From assembly GCA_964291415.2 (NCBI GenBank), contig OZ219917.1:64001-128000 (forward strand): a stretch of DNA of 64,000 nt. Reading direction: 5' to 3'. The notes under the pieces are model-generated. The model saw nothing but the letters and a program-made list of their open reading frames with translations. It ran no database searches and had not been told where the DNA came from. A program made the position numbers and the translations under genes. The stretch comes from Alphaproteobacteria bacterium (GTDB lineage Bacteria > Pseudomonadota > Alphaproteobacteria > SP197). This document shows, piece after piece, positions 1-9,691 of this stretch (within the stretch, counting starts at the first letter, position 1; each line of letters opens with the position of its first letter).

Positions 1-210
1 GCGGAACTCGAAACTCTCCATGCCGGCTTCGCGGGTCGCCTTGCCCTTGCTGCGGACATAGACATCACTGGCCGGATCCTCGCCGACGAGGACAACGGCA
101 AGTCCGGGTTTCACTCCCGTCGCGGCCGTGAGCCGCGCCACCCGGGCCGCCACGTCCTGGCGCACCTCGAGCGCGACCGCCTTGCCGTCAATGATCGTTG
201 CCTCACCCAT
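1..210 (-). CDS. folD: Bifunctional methylenetetrahydrofolate dehydrogenase/cyclohydrolase, N-terminal part (runs off window)
   Basis: Manual translation from ATG at 210: [20 protein letters not shown]...[22 protein letters not shown], a typical FolD N-terminus; absent from the ORF track. Confidence 0.93.
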   Translation of the reverse strand, partial: MGEATIIDGKAVALEVRQDVAARVARLTAATGVKPGLAVVLVGEDPASDVYVRSKGKATREAGMESFEFR

Positions 211-293
211 GGTCAGCGCTCCGGCTTCCTGTCTTCCACGCCGCACCCATAGTGAACCGCGCGCCGCGCCGTCAAGGACGGATCGCCGCCGGT

Positions 294-593
294 CTAGTGG
301 ATCGAGACCGCCATCTCGGCCAGAAGGCGGCGGGCGAAGGCGACCAGGACGAGGGCGATCAGCGGTGAGAGATCGATGCCGCCAAGATCGCCGAACAGGC
401 GGCGCAGGACCTGGCGTATGGGAGCCAGCACCGGCTCGGTGACCTGCCACAGGAAGCGGCCGATCTGGCCGACGAACGGCTGGCGCGTGTTGACGACGTT
501 GAAGGCAGCGAGCCAGCTCAGGATGACGTGCAGGATGAGAATCCAGAAGTAGATGCTGAGAAGGGAATCGGCAAGCCAGAAGATGGACTGCAT
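294..593 (-). CDS. yggT: YggT family membrane protein
   Basis: ILSWL..FNVVN...TEPVLAPIR...GGIDLSP motif; upstream of folD as usual in Alphaproteobacteria. Confidence 0.92.
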   Translation of the reverse strand: MQSIFWLADSLLSIYFWILILHVILSWLAAFNVVNTRQPFVGQIGRFLWQVTEPVLAPIRQVLRRLFGDLGGIDLSPLIALVLVAFARRLLAEMAVSIH

Positions 594-612
594 GGAACCG
601 GCCTCTCCCTTG

Positions 613-2040
613 TCATCCGAAACGGGCGAGAAAATCCGCCAGGCGCTTCATGCCCTTGCCGAAGACGCGCGGGGTGTAGAAGGAACCCGCTGCCCGCTTG
701 CTGATTTCGCCCAGCGTCGGGTAGGGCGCGATCATCCCCGCCACGGCGCCGATCTTCAAGCCCGATCCGATCGCCAGCACCCAGGGAGCGATCAGTTCCC
801 CTGCCTGCGCGGCGGCGATGGTGGTTCCCAGGATCCGGCCACGCGGCGTGGTCACCACCTTGATGAGGCCCTTGGTCCTGCGCTCGGCGATGGCGCGGTC
901 ATTCTCGGCACAGGGGAACCTCAGGACGGTGACCGTCCCGTGCCGCTCGCGTGCCGCCTCTTCCGTCAGGCCGACATGGGCCAGTTCCGGATCCGTGTAG
1001 GTGACCCACGGGAAGGCGTCGAGATTCACCTTCGCCGGAAGGCGCAGCAGGGCATTCCTGATGACGATGCCTGCGTGATAGCTGGCCAGATGGGTGAACT
1101 GGAACCCTCCCGCACAGTCACCGATGGCAAAGACCCGCCGGTTGGTGGTGCGCAATCGGCGGTCCACCCGGATGCCGCTGCGATCATGCGCGATACCGGC
1201 TGCATCGAGGCCGAGATCGGCGATGTTGGGGCGGCGTCCGGCCGCCACCAGGAGATGGGTGCCTTCGAAGACGAGGACCTCGTCGTTCCTCTCGCAGGAA
1301 ACGGTGATTCGTCCTGCCTCTCCCGACACCTCACGGATGGCGACATGCTCGACGATCTCGATGCCGTCGTCCGCCATGCTCTCCTTCACGACAGCGGTGA
1401 GTTCGGGATCGTCATGGGGCAGCAGTGGACCCATGTCGAGAACCGTCACCCGGCTGCCCAGGCGGCGATGGGCCTGGGCCATCTCGGAGCCGATCGGGCC
1501 ACCGCCGATGATGATCAGGTGCTGCGGCAGCTCCTGATTGTCGAACAGTGTCTCGTTGGTGAACACGGGCACGGAATCGAGACCCGGGATGGGAGGAATG
1601 ACCGCCCTCGATCCCGTGGCGATGACGAAACGGCGGGCGTGGATCGTCCGCCCTGCCACCTCCACGGACCTGCGGGAGACAAACCGGGCGTGATCGGTGA
1701 TGACATCGACGCCGAAACTCTGGTAGCGCTCGACCGAATCGTTGGGTTCGATGGTGGCGATGACGTCGCGCACGTGCCGGTTGACCGCCGCGAAGTCGAT
1801 CTCGGGCTCGACCGGCGTGATCCCGAAGGGCCGGGTGTGGCGCATCGCGTGGGCGGTCTTGCCGGCGGCAAGCAGGGCCTTCGACGGCACGCAACCGAAG
1901 TTGAGGCAGTCGCCGCCCATCCGTTCGCCCTCGATGAGCACCGTTCTGCGGCCCATGTGGGATGCGGCGTAGGCGGTAACGAGTCCTCCCGATCCGGCCC
2001 CGATGACACAGATGTCGACGCTGTCGCCGCCCGTCGTCAT
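613..2040 (-). CDS. Pyridine nucleotide-disulfide oxidoreductase (dihydrolipoamide dehydrogenase/MerA-like family)
   Basis: GAGSGG FAD motif, redox disulfide GGDCLNFGCVPSK, GGGPIG NAD motif; no C-terminal Cys-Cys pair of true MerA. Confidence 0.88.
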   Translation of the reverse strand: MTTGGDSVDICVIGAGSGGLVTAYAASHMGRRTVLIEGERMGGDCLNFGCVPSKALLAAGKTAHAMRHTRPFGITPVEPEIDFAAVNRHVRDVIATIEPNDSVERYQSFGVDVITDHARFVSRRSVEVAGRTIHARRFVIATGSRAVIPPIPGLDSVPVFTNETLFDNQELPQHLIIIGGGPIGSEMAQAHRRLGSRVTVLDMGPLLPHDDPELTAVVKESMADDGIEIVEHVAIREVSGEAGRITVSCERNDEVLVFEGTHLLVAAGRRPNIADLGLDAAGIAHDRSGIRVDRRLRTTNRRVFAIGDCAGGFQFTHLASYHAGIVIRNALLRLPAKVNLDAFPWVTYTDPELAHVGLTEEAARERHGTVTVLRFPCAENDRAIAERRTKGLIKVVTTPRGRILGTTIAAAQAGELIAPWVLAIGSGLKIGAVAGMIAPYPTLGEISKRAAGSFYTPRVFGKGMKRLADFLARFG

Positions 2041-2765
2041 CCGGAATCCTGTCGCCGGGCCCTGATTTTCCTGACCACCACGGGCGCCAGGGCGATCACG
2101 GCCAGACCGGCCAGGCCGACGACGATCTCGGTCGATACGGCGTTCTCCAGGGAGAACTCGGCCCCGGTCTCGAACACCTCGCCCAGTCCGTCACCGATCA
2201 CGTTGTAGACCGCGGTGCCGGGAATGATGCCGATGAAGGTCGTCAGCACGTACATGCCGGTCTTCACCCCGAGAAAGGCCGGCAGGAGATTGACCACCCA
2301 GAACGGGAAGACGGGCAGCAGCCTGAGAAAGAGGAGGTAGTTGAACTCGCCGTCGCGAAATCCCTCCTCCATGCGGCCGGCATACGGCTTGACGCGTTCC
2401 CACAGGGCCTCGCCGATGGATGTGCGGGCCACGAGAAACACCACCGTCGCACCCGCCGTCGCGCCGACAACGGTGACGACGGTCCCGAGGAGCCAGCCGA
2501 AGAGAAAGCCGCCGAGCAGGGTGACCAGGGAGGCGGCGGGAAACGAGATGCCTGTCAGGAATGCGTAGGCGAGGACATAGACCACCACCGCCAGCGCCAG
2601 GTTGCCCTCTACCAATGCGCTCAGTTCGGCGTGATGCGCCTTCAGGGTCTCGAAGCTGATCTGCTTGTGAAGGCCGCTGGCGAAGAGTGCAATCAGCAGT
2701 GCTGCCACCACCAGAACCGGGAGCAGCCGCTTGAGCCGCCGCACAGTCGTTGATTGCTGGACCAT
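2037..2765 (-). CDS. TVP38/TMEM64 (DedA/SNARE-associated) membrane protein
   Basis: GGFLFG..G, LRLLPVFPFWVVN, TFIGIIPGT motifs; start uncertain (2765-2795). Confidence 0.88.
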   Translation of the reverse strand: MVQQSTTVRRLKRLLPVLVVAALLIALFASGLHKQISFETLKAHHAELSALVEGNLALAVVVYVLAYAFLTGISFPAASLVTLLGGFLFGWLLGTVVTVVGATAGATVVFLVARTSIGEALWERVKPYAGRMEEGFRDGEFNYLLFLRLLPVFPFWVVNLLPAFLGVKTGMYVLTTFIGIIPGTAVYNVIGDGLGEVFETGAEFSLENAVSTEIVVGLAGLAVIALAPVVVRKIRARRQDSG

Positions 2766-2917
2766 CACGCGCCACCCCGCCTCAGCCATCGGCACGACAC
2801 ACTAGCGGCATGACAGGTCGGAGGAAACGTCGTCGTTGACTTCGAGAGACCCCTCTCCTATACAGCACCGCCGCTCGCATCCCCTCCGGTGCGCGGCCGA
2901 TGTCTGGAGTCCCGACG

Positions 2918-3052
2918 GTGAAACGCACATTCCAGCCCAGCCGCATTGTACGCAAACGACGTCATGGCTTTCGTGCGCGCATGAAGTCCGTTGGCGGACG
3001 CGCCGTACTCGCGCGCCGGCGTGCGAAAGGCCGCAAGCGCCTGTCAGCCTGA
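2918..3052 (+). CDS. rpmH: 50S ribosomal protein L34
   Basis: Manual translation from GTG at 2918: [44 protein letters not shown]. Confidence 0.97.
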   Translation: MKRTFQPSRIVRKRRHGFRARMKSVGGRAVLARRRAKGRKRLSA

Positions 3053-3056
3053 CTTC

Positions 3057-3407
3057 ATGTCTGTCGATGTCGTGCGCCTCAGACGGAGAAGCGACTATCT
3101 TCGCGTGGCGGCGACGCGACTGAAGGCGGTCACTCCGGGACTCATCGTCCAGGCAGCGCCCCGAAATGACGATGCAATCGGTGTCGGAATCACGGCGAGC
3201 CGCCGGGTCGGCAATGCCGTCCGGCGCAACCGGGCGCGGCGCCGGCTGAACGCCCTTGCCACGCCGGTTCTCTCCCGGTCCGGGCGCAGGGCGACCGACT
3301 ATGTCCTGATTGCCCGGCCCGAGACCGTCCATCGTCCCTTCGCCCGTCTCGTTGGCGACCTCGAGAAGGCGCTCGCCCGCCTCGGACACGCAGCGCCACG
3401 GTCATGA
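3057..3407 (+). CDS. rnpA: Ribonuclease P protein component
   Basis: RLRRRSDY, GITASRRVGNAVRRNRARRRL (RNR motif); follows rpmH. Confidence 0.95.
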   Translation: MSVDVVRLRRRSDYLRVAATRLKAVTPGLIVQAAPRNDDAIGVGITASRRVGNAVRRNRARRRLNALATPVLSRSGRRATDYVLIARPETVHRPFARLVGDLEKALARLGHAAPRS

Positions 3408-3643
3408 GACACGTCGCTTCATCCGTGCTTCAGGCCTTCATCCTGATCTACCGGTACGGCATATCGCCCTGGACGCCGGCGTCGTGCCGCTATCTGCCGA
3501 CCTGTTCGGCCTATGCCAGCGAAGCGATCCGCCGGCACGGCCCGTTGAAGGGCACCTGGCTGGCGCTCCGCCGCATCGCCCGGTGCCACCCCCTTGCCGG
3601 CAGCGGCTACGATCCGGTTCCCGAGAGAGCGAACGAGCGGTGA
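3404..3643 (+). CDS. yidD: Membrane protein insertion efficiency factor
   Basis: YRYGISP...CRYLPTCSAY...RIARCHP...GYDPVP. Confidence 0.95.
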   Translation: MRHVASSVLQAFILIYRYGISPWTPASCRYLPTCSAYASEAIRRHGPLKGTWLALRRIARCHPLAGSGYDPVPERANER

Positions 3644-5388
3644 TGGCCCCGGAACAGAGGAACGTGTGGCTGGCCACGGCAATCATCCTCCTGATGTTCA
3701 TTGCCTGGCAGTTCTTCTACGAACTCCCGAGAATCGAGCGGGAACAGGAAGCTCTGGAGCGCCAGCAGGAGCTCGCCGCCACCGATGACGATTCCACCCT
3801 GCCCCAGGTCTCCACGTCCTCGATCGGCGAAGAGGAGCCCGTCGTCCGGGAGTTCACCCGCGCGGAGGCTCTCGCGGAGTCGCCACGCATTGCCATCCGG
3901 ACGCCGAGTCTGAGCGGCTCCATCGCCCTCGTTGGCGGGCGCATCGACGATCTCACGCTCCTCAATTACCGCACGCATATCGGGCCGGACTCGCCGGACG
4001 TCATCCTGCTGTCGCCGGTGGGGGGGCCGTCCTCCTACTTCACCGAGTTCGGCTGGCTCGACGGGGGCTCCGGCGCGACCCTGCCTGATTCGGCCACCAG
4101 GTGGCAGGCCGGCGACGTCGCGCTGACACCCGAGACACCCGTCACCCTCTCCTGGGACAATGGCGAGGGCCTCCTCTTCGAACGAACCTTCGCGATCGAC
4201 GAACAATCCATGTTCACGGTGACCCAGAGTGTCACCAACCAGGGCGGGACCACTGTCTCCCTTCTCCCCTACGGCCGGATCAAGCGATACGGGACACCGC
4301 CGACGCTGGGATTCTACATCCTGCACGAGGGACTGATCGGAGTCCTCAACGAGACCCTCGAGGAAGTCGACTACGACGATGTGTCAGACCCTGATGATTC
4401 ACCGGAAATCTCCTACGACAGCCCGAACGGATGGCTCGGCATCACCGACAAGTACTGGCTCGTGGCGCTGATACCCGACCAGAGCGATCCGTTCCGCGGC
4501 CGCTTCCTCCATCACCTCCAGGGTGGAACGACGGACACCTACCAGGCGGACTTCTATCGCAGCCCGCTCGACGTGGCGCCGGGCGCGACGGTCACCGCCG
4601 AGGATCGCCTGTTTGCAGGCGCCAAGGTCGTGACCGAACTCGACGACTATGCCGAGGCCTTCAACATTCCCCTCTTTGACCGGGCGGTGGACTTCGGCTG
4701 GTTCTACTTCCTCACGAAGCCCATTTTCTTCGTCCTGCTGTGGCTCAAGGACACGATCGGTAACTTCGGTCTCGCCATCCTGGCGCTCACCGTCATCATC
4801 AAGATCATCTTCTTCCCCCTGGCCAACAAGTCCTACAGGTCGATGAGCAAGATGCGCAAGCTGGCGCCGAAGATGAAGGAGCTGCGCGAGCGTTTCGGTG
4901 ACGACAAGCAGAAGATGCAGCAGGAGCTGATGGCCCTCTACCGCCAGGAGAAGGTCAACCCGGCTTCGGGCTGCCTGCCGATCCTGGTGCAGATTCCGGT
5001 CTTCTTCGCTCTCTACAAGGTGCTGTTCGTCACCATCGAGATGCGGCACGCACCGTTCTACGGCTGGATCAAGGATCTCTCCGAGCCCGATCCGGTCGTG
5101 ATCTGGAATATCTTCGGACTGCTTCCCTTCGATCCCGCGGTCTACCTGCCGCCCTTCCTGATGATCGGCGCCTGGCCGGTCCTGATGTCCTCGACCATGT
5201 GGCTGCAGCAGAGGATCAGTCCGCAGCCGCCGGATCCCACCCAGGCAAAGATCTTCATGTTCCTGCCGCTCATTTTCCTGTTCATCTTCGCCACCTTCCC
5301 GGCCGGGCTGGTGATCTACTGGACGTGGAACAATCTGCTCTCCATCGCCCAGCAGTGGTTCATCATGAAACGGGAGGGCGTCGACTAG
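3643..5388 (+). CDS. yidC: Membrane protein insertase
   Basis: GITDKYW, DFGWFYFLTKP, NPASGCLP..Q.P.FFALYKVL, PAGLVIYWTWNN; start ATG at 3643 overlaps the yidD stop. Confidence 0.97.
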   Translation: MAPEQRNVWLATAIILLMFIAWQFFYELPRIEREQEALERQQELAATDDDSTLPQVSTSSIGEEEPVVREFTRAEALAESPRIAIRTPSLSGSIALVGGRIDDLTLLNYRTHIGPDSPDVILLSPVGGPSSYFTEFGWLDGGSGATLPDSATRWQAGDVALTPETPVTLSWDNGEGLLFERTFAIDEQSMFTVTQSVTNQGGTTVSLLPYGRIKRYGTPPTLGFYILHEGLIGVLNETLEEVDYDDVSDPDDSPEISYDSPNGWLGITDKYWLVALIPDQSDPFRGRFLHHLQGGTTDTYQADFYRSPLDVAPGATVTAEDRLFAGAKVVTELDDYAEAFNIPLFDRAVDFGWFYFLTKPIFFVLLWLKDTIGNFGLAILALTVIIKIIFFPLANKSYRSMSKMRKLAPKMKELRERFGDDKQKMQQELMALYRQEKVNPASGCLPILVQIPVFFALYKVLFVTIEMRHAPFYGWIKDLSEPDPVVIWNIFGLLPFDPAVYLPPFLMIGAWPVLMSSTMWLQQRISPQPPDPTQAKIFMFLPLIFLFIFATFPAGLVIYWTWNNLLSIAQQWFIMKREGVD

Positions 5389-5415
5389 GCCCCGTTGCCG
5401 TCATCTGGAGAAGCG

Positions 5416-6825
5416 ATGTCGGATGATCTCGTTTACCTGAGCGCGGCGGCCCTGGTCGCGGGCTACCGCGCCAGGCGCTTCACGCCTCTGGACGTTCTCG
5501 ACGCCACGCTCGCCCGAATCGAGGCGCTGGAACCTCTCCTCAATGCCTGGCAGATGGTGGATGCCCGGGCCGCCAGGCGCGACGCCCGGGCCTCGGCAAG
5601 GCGATGGGCGGCAGGCGAACCCGCAGGTCTCCTCGACGGCGTCCCGGTGGCCATCAAGGACGTCACCGAAACCAGGGGCTGGCCGACGCTCAACGGCTCC
5701 CTTGCCATATCACCCGACGGGCCGTGGCCCGATGATGCGATCGTGGTGGAACGCCTGCGGGCGCACGGGGCCGTCCTTGTCGGCAAGACCACGACGCCCG
5801 AGTTCGCCTGGAAGGGGACCACGGACAGCAGGCTTCACGGCATTACCCGCAATCCCTGGAACCCGGACTGGACCCCGTGCGGTTCGAGCGGTGGCTCGGC
5901 GGCCGCCGTCGCGACCGGCATGGCCGCCATTGCCACGGGAACCGACTCCGGAGGGTCCATCCGCGGACCGGCCAGTTTCTGCGGCGTGGTCGGGCTCAAG
6001 CCGAGTTTCGGCAGGGTTCCGGTCTGGCCGGCAAGCCCGATGATGACCCTGGAACACGTCGGCCCCATCACCCGCACGGTCAACGACGCGGCCCTGGCGC
6101 TGACGGTGATGGCGGGTCACGATCCGCGCGACGGTTATGCCCTCACCGGTCCGGCGCCCGACGTCCTTTCCGGACTGGAGCGCGGCGTCAGGGACATGCG
6201 CATCGCCTGGTCGGCGGATCTCGGCTTTGCCACCGTCGATCCCGTGGTCAGGCGCGTTGCCGGACGGGCCGCCCGCGAGGTGTTCACCGCACTCGGAGCC
6301 CGGGTTACCCGTATCAGAGCCGATATCGGCGATCCTTCACGGATGGCCGATGTCCTTTCCGATTCCCTTGCCGCCGCCCTGACGAGACGCCTGGCTCCCC
6401 GGGTGCCCGACGAACCCGTGCTCCTTGCCGCGGCGGAACGCGGCAATCGCCTCACCGCCCTCGACCTCCTCGAGGCCGAGGCCGCCCGCCGCGATCTCAC
6501 CTGCCGTCTCGAGGCTCTCCTGAGCCGCCACGATCTCCTCGTCCTGCCTACCCTGGGGACGACACCCTTCGCCGCCGAACGCTCGGCGCCAGACGGGTGG
6601 GAGCGGTCCCGGCGCCAGAGCGGCGCCGGATGGATGGCGACCACGTTTCCCTTCGACCTCACCGGACAGCCCGCCATCTCCCTGCCCTGCGGTGTCACGA
6701 AAGGCGGTGCTCCGGTGGGCCTGCAGATCGTCGGGCCACGCGGCGGGGATGCCCTGGTGCTGCGTGCCGCGAGGGCCTTCGAAGGGGCCTCGCCCTTCAC
6801 CGGCAGGCGGCCGCCCGCAGGGTGA
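5416..6825 (+). CDS. Amidase signature family protein
   Basis: GVPVAIKD, GSSGGSAAAVA, GTDSGGSIRGPASFCGVVGLKPS. Confidence 0.92.
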   Translation: MSDDLVYLSAAALVAGYRARRFTPLDVLDATLARIEALEPLLNAWQMVDARAARRDARASARRWAAGEPAGLLDGVPVAIKDVTETRGWPTLNGSLAISPDGPWPDDAIVVERLRAHGAVLVGKTTTPEFAWKGTTDSRLHGITRNPWNPDWTPCGSSGGSAAAVATGMAAIATGTDSGGSIRGPASFCGVVGLKPSFGRVPVWPASPMMTLEHVGPITRTVNDAALALTVMAGHDPRDGYALTGPAPDVLSGLERGVRDMRIAWSADLGFATVDPVVRRVAGRAAREVFTALGARVTRIRADIGDPSRMADVLSDSLAAALTRRLAPRVPDEPVLLAAAERGNRLTALDLLEAEAARRDLTCRLEALLSRHDLLVLPTLGTTPFAAERSAPDGWERSRRQSGAGWMATTFPFDLTGQPAISLPCGVTKGGAPVGLQIVGPRGGDALVLRAARAFEGASPFTGRRPPAG

Positions 6826-6878
6826 TCCGGATCGGCTGAAGTTCCCGCAACGCAGCGTCAGGCACCTTCGTCCTGGCG

Positions 6879-7403
6879 TTACATTCCTTCGATCACGCCG
6901 CACGCAATGCGGCCGCCGGCGCCGCCGATGGGCTGCGTCATGTGGTCGTCCGGATTGTCGTGGATGATGACGGCCGAGCCGTCCTCATCGAGCAGTGCCG
7001 GCAGGTCCGCGCCATTGAGCGACACGCGCGTGGTGAAGAACTCGGCCCGTGCGGAACCGTCCGCCGCCGCATAGAGATTGGGCAGATCGCCATTGTCGCC
7101 GCCTCCAGGATTGAGCAGGCCGTGCGCGACACCCTCAGGATTGATGTGGCCTCCGGAAGCCTTGAAGTCGGGGGAACAGGAACCGACGGCATGGAGATGG
7201 ATGCCGTGACCGCCAGGCGGAAGCCCCGTGACGTCAACCGACACCAGCACGCCGGCCGGCGCCTGCTGGAACGTCACCTTGCCGATCTCGACCCCGTCGG
7301 TATCGGTGATCCGGGCGGCGGCCATGTCGGCCGCCGAAGCGCCAGGGATCATGGTCAGGAAGGCAAGGGCGCCGATCGCCCGGTGAAACAGTCGTGAGTT
7401 CAT
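6879..7403 (-). CDS. sodC: Periplasmic Cu/Zn superoxide dismutase family protein
   Basis: Signal peptide; HGIHLH, C..DF..SGGHINP, GDLPNL, IIH..PDD...QP.GGAGGRIACGVI. Confidence 0.88.
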   Translation of the reverse strand: MNSRLFHRAIGALAFLTMIPGASAADMAAARITDTDGVEIGKVTFQQAPAGVLVSVDVTGLPPGGHGIHLHAVGSCSPDFKASGGHINPEGVAHGLLNPGGGDNGDLPNLYAAADGSARAEFFTTRVSLNGADLPALLDEDGSAVIIHDNPDDHMTQPIGGAGGRIACGVIEGM

Positions 7404-7671
7404 GATCCAGGTCCTCCCGAAGATGCCCAATCCATCCGGTTATGCCCCCTCTGCGACCGTCCAACAAGGGCCGTTCGTTGGGGAAAAGGACGTGCCACGA
7501 ATGCAGGTTGGAAGCCCGGTTCCCTGACGCCGGATTCCGCGCAACGGCATCGCCGTCGCCTGCGGGACAAAACTGCCCCTGCGAACAGGCGTTCCACCGC
7601 CGCGACCCGGATGCCGCGGTGGGACGCCATTCGATCATGGACGGGTCCCGGCAGAATCTGCCGGAGCGTCC

Positions 7672-8904
7672 TTACCCGGAAACCAGGCAGTCCCTGAACG
7701 ATGCGGCCATGTGATGCAGAAGGGTAAAGTACATGTCGGGCCCTTCCTCGATCTCCGCACCGATGGGATCGATCGTCCCGGCACGCACGTCCGTCCCCTC
7801 GATCAGGGTGTCGACAAAGCGCTGGTTGATCCCGGGCTCACTGAAAACGCAGACAACGCCAAGGTCGCTGATCTTGTCGCGCAGTTCGCGGACCCTCTTG
7901 ACCCCCGGCGACATGCCGGCGTGCACTACCGCCGAGCCCACGGCGTTGAGGCCGAACTGGTCCTCGAAGTACCTGTATCCATCGTGAAAAACGAGGAATG
8001 GGACACCGCGAGCGGGCTCGAGGTCAGCGGCAATGCCATCTGTGGCCTCGTCAAGGCGTTCGAGGAGCAACGCAAGGTTGGTCCGATAGGCAGCGGCATT
8101 GGCCGGATCGGCTTCCTCCAGAACAGCGGCGATTTCGCGGGCCATGGCCCGGGCGTTCACCGGATCAAGCCAGATGTGCAGGTCAATCACACCGTCTTCG
8201 TGGTCGTCATGACCCGCATGTTTCTCCTCGTCGGCGTGATCGTCCTCGTGGCCGGCCTCGTGCGCATGGTCCTCATGATCGTCCTCGTGGGCATGATCGT
8301 CATGACCCATGTGCTCTTCCTCGTCGGCGTGATCGTCGTCGTGGCCGGCCTCGTGCGCATGATCCTCATGGTCGTCCTCGTGGGCATGGTCGTCATGACC
8401 CGCGTGTTCTTCCTCGTCGGCGTGATCGTCCTCGTGGCCGGCCTCGTGCGCATGGTCCTCATGGTCGTCCTCGTGGGCATGATCGTCATGACCCATGTGC
8501 TCTTCCTCGTCGGCGTGGCCGTGGTGCGAATCCTCCTCGAAAGCGCCGCCTGAACGGAGAATCTTGAGGACCAGGCCCGGAGCCTCCGCCAGCCGAACCA
8601 CGCGCGCCGTACCGGCGAGTGACTCGATCGGTCCGACGAGCGGTGTTTCCAAACCGTCGCTGATGAGAAAGATGACATCCGCCTCCTGAAGTGCCGCGGC
8701 GGCCGATGGACGGATCGTGAAGGCGTGAGGCGAGGCCCCGCGTATGATCAGAAAGGGCTCACCAACGCCAGCCATGACGGCGCTTGCGAGGGAATGCACC
8801 GGCTTGATGGAGGTGACGACTCGAAGCCCGGAATCTGCCGATGCCGGACCGTTGAACAACAGGAACGTGCCAGCAAGCAGAAGGCAAAGGCGCCTGAAAG
8901 TCAT
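7672..8904 (-). CDS. znuA: Zinc ABC transporter substrate-binding protein with long His/acidic repeat loop
   Basis: VVTSIKPVHSL, SPH, DLHIWLDP, FHDGYRYFE, CVFSEP; divergent from znuCB. Confidence 0.93.
   Translation of the reverse strand: MTFRRLCLLLAGTFLLFNGPASADSGLRVVTSIKPVHSLASAVMAGVGEPFLIIRGASPHAFTIRPSAAAALQEADVIFLISDGLETPLVGPIESLAGTARVVRLAEAPGLVLKILRSGGAFEEDSHHGHADEEEHMGHDDHAHEDDHEDHAHEAGHEDDHADEEEHAGHDDHAHEDDHEDHAHEAGHDDDHADEEEHMGHDDHAHEDDHEDHAHEAGHEDDHADEEKHAGHDDHEDGVIDLHIWLDPVNARAMAREIAAVLEEADPANAAAYRTNLALLLERLDEATDGIAADLEPARGVPFLVFHDGYRYFEDQFGLNAVGSAVVHAGMSPGVKRVRELRDKISDLGVVCVFSEPGINQRFVDTLIEGTDVRAGTIDPIGAEIEEGPDMYFTLLHHMAASFRDCLVSG
8195..8517 (-). repeat. Intragenic tandem repeat, 93-bp (31-aa) unit, about 3.5 copies, in znuA
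   Basis: HADEEEH(M/A)GHDDHAHEDDHEDHAHEAGH(E/D)DD repeated three times plus a partial fourth copy. Confidence 0.92.
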
Positions 8905-9028
8905 CCCACATCTCCTCGGATCACAACTGTTCAGGATACCGTATCAGGCTCGTCAAGCGATCCATGACATCGGCTGTCGGTTCAATCTTCTTGCGCGGGC
9001 CGGGACCGTGTGCCTTGAATCGGCGATC

Positions 9029-9688
9029 ATGTTCCGACCTCCACCATCCGACAGGCCGGGATGCCTTGTTGAAGCCACCAATCTGGGCGTCAGGCGCGGA
9101 GACCGATGGATCTTCCGGCATGTCAACCTGACGGTCTCGCGCGGCGAGCTTGTCTTCGTGATCGGCGCCAACGGCGCCGGCAAGACAACCTGCGTCAAGG
9201 CCCTCCTCGGTCTGATCTCCATCGACGAGGGCACCATCGATCGTGCCGCGGGACTGGAAATCGGCTATATCCCGCAACGGCTGGTGGTGGACCCGACGCT
9301 GCCGCTGACCCTGCGTCGCATGATGACGCTCACCGGTCGATTTGCGGCACGCGACATCGACGCCGCACTGGCAGCCGTCGGTCTGGAACCACTCGGAGAC
9401 CCCCCGGTTGCCAATCTGTCGGGCGGCGAGTTCCAGCGCATGTTGCTGGCGCGCTCCCTGATTCACCAACCGGATCTCCTGGTCCTCGACGAACCAGGCC
9501 AGGGCGTCGATGTTGCCGGAGCAGATGTCTTCGATGACCTGATCGACGGCATCCGCCGCGAGTTCGGTTGCGGCGTCGTCATGATCTCTCACGACCTCCG
9601 GCAGACCATGGGAACAGGAGACGACGTGGTCGTCCTGGTGCCTCATGAACACGATGCCTCCGTCGGCGACGGCGCCGGGAAGAGTTGA
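9029..9688 (+). CDS. znuC: Zinc ABC transporter ATP-binding protein
   Basis: GANGAGKT Walker A, LSGGEFQR signature, LVLDEP.QGVD, ISHDL. Confidence 0.9.
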   Translation: MFRPPPSDRPGCLVEATNLGVRRGDRWIFRHVNLTVSRGELVFVIGANGAGKTTCVKALLGLISIDEGTIDRAAGLEIGYIPQRLVVDPTLPLTLRRMMTLTGRFAARDIDAALAAVGLEPLGDPPVANLSGGEFQRMLLARSLIHQPDLLVLDEPGQGVDVAGADVFDDLIDGIRREFGCGVVMISHDLRQTMGTGDDVVVLVPHEHDASVGDGAGKS

Positions 9689-9691
9689 ACC

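Noticed and set aside
613-2040. Mercuric reductase merA
   Set aside because: No C-terminal Cys-Cys pair, no HMA domain and no mer genes nearby.
8930-8950. Zur box (gatac-c-gtatc palindrome) between znuA and znuC
   Set aside because: The position is plausible, but the match to the Zur consensus is too weak to call.
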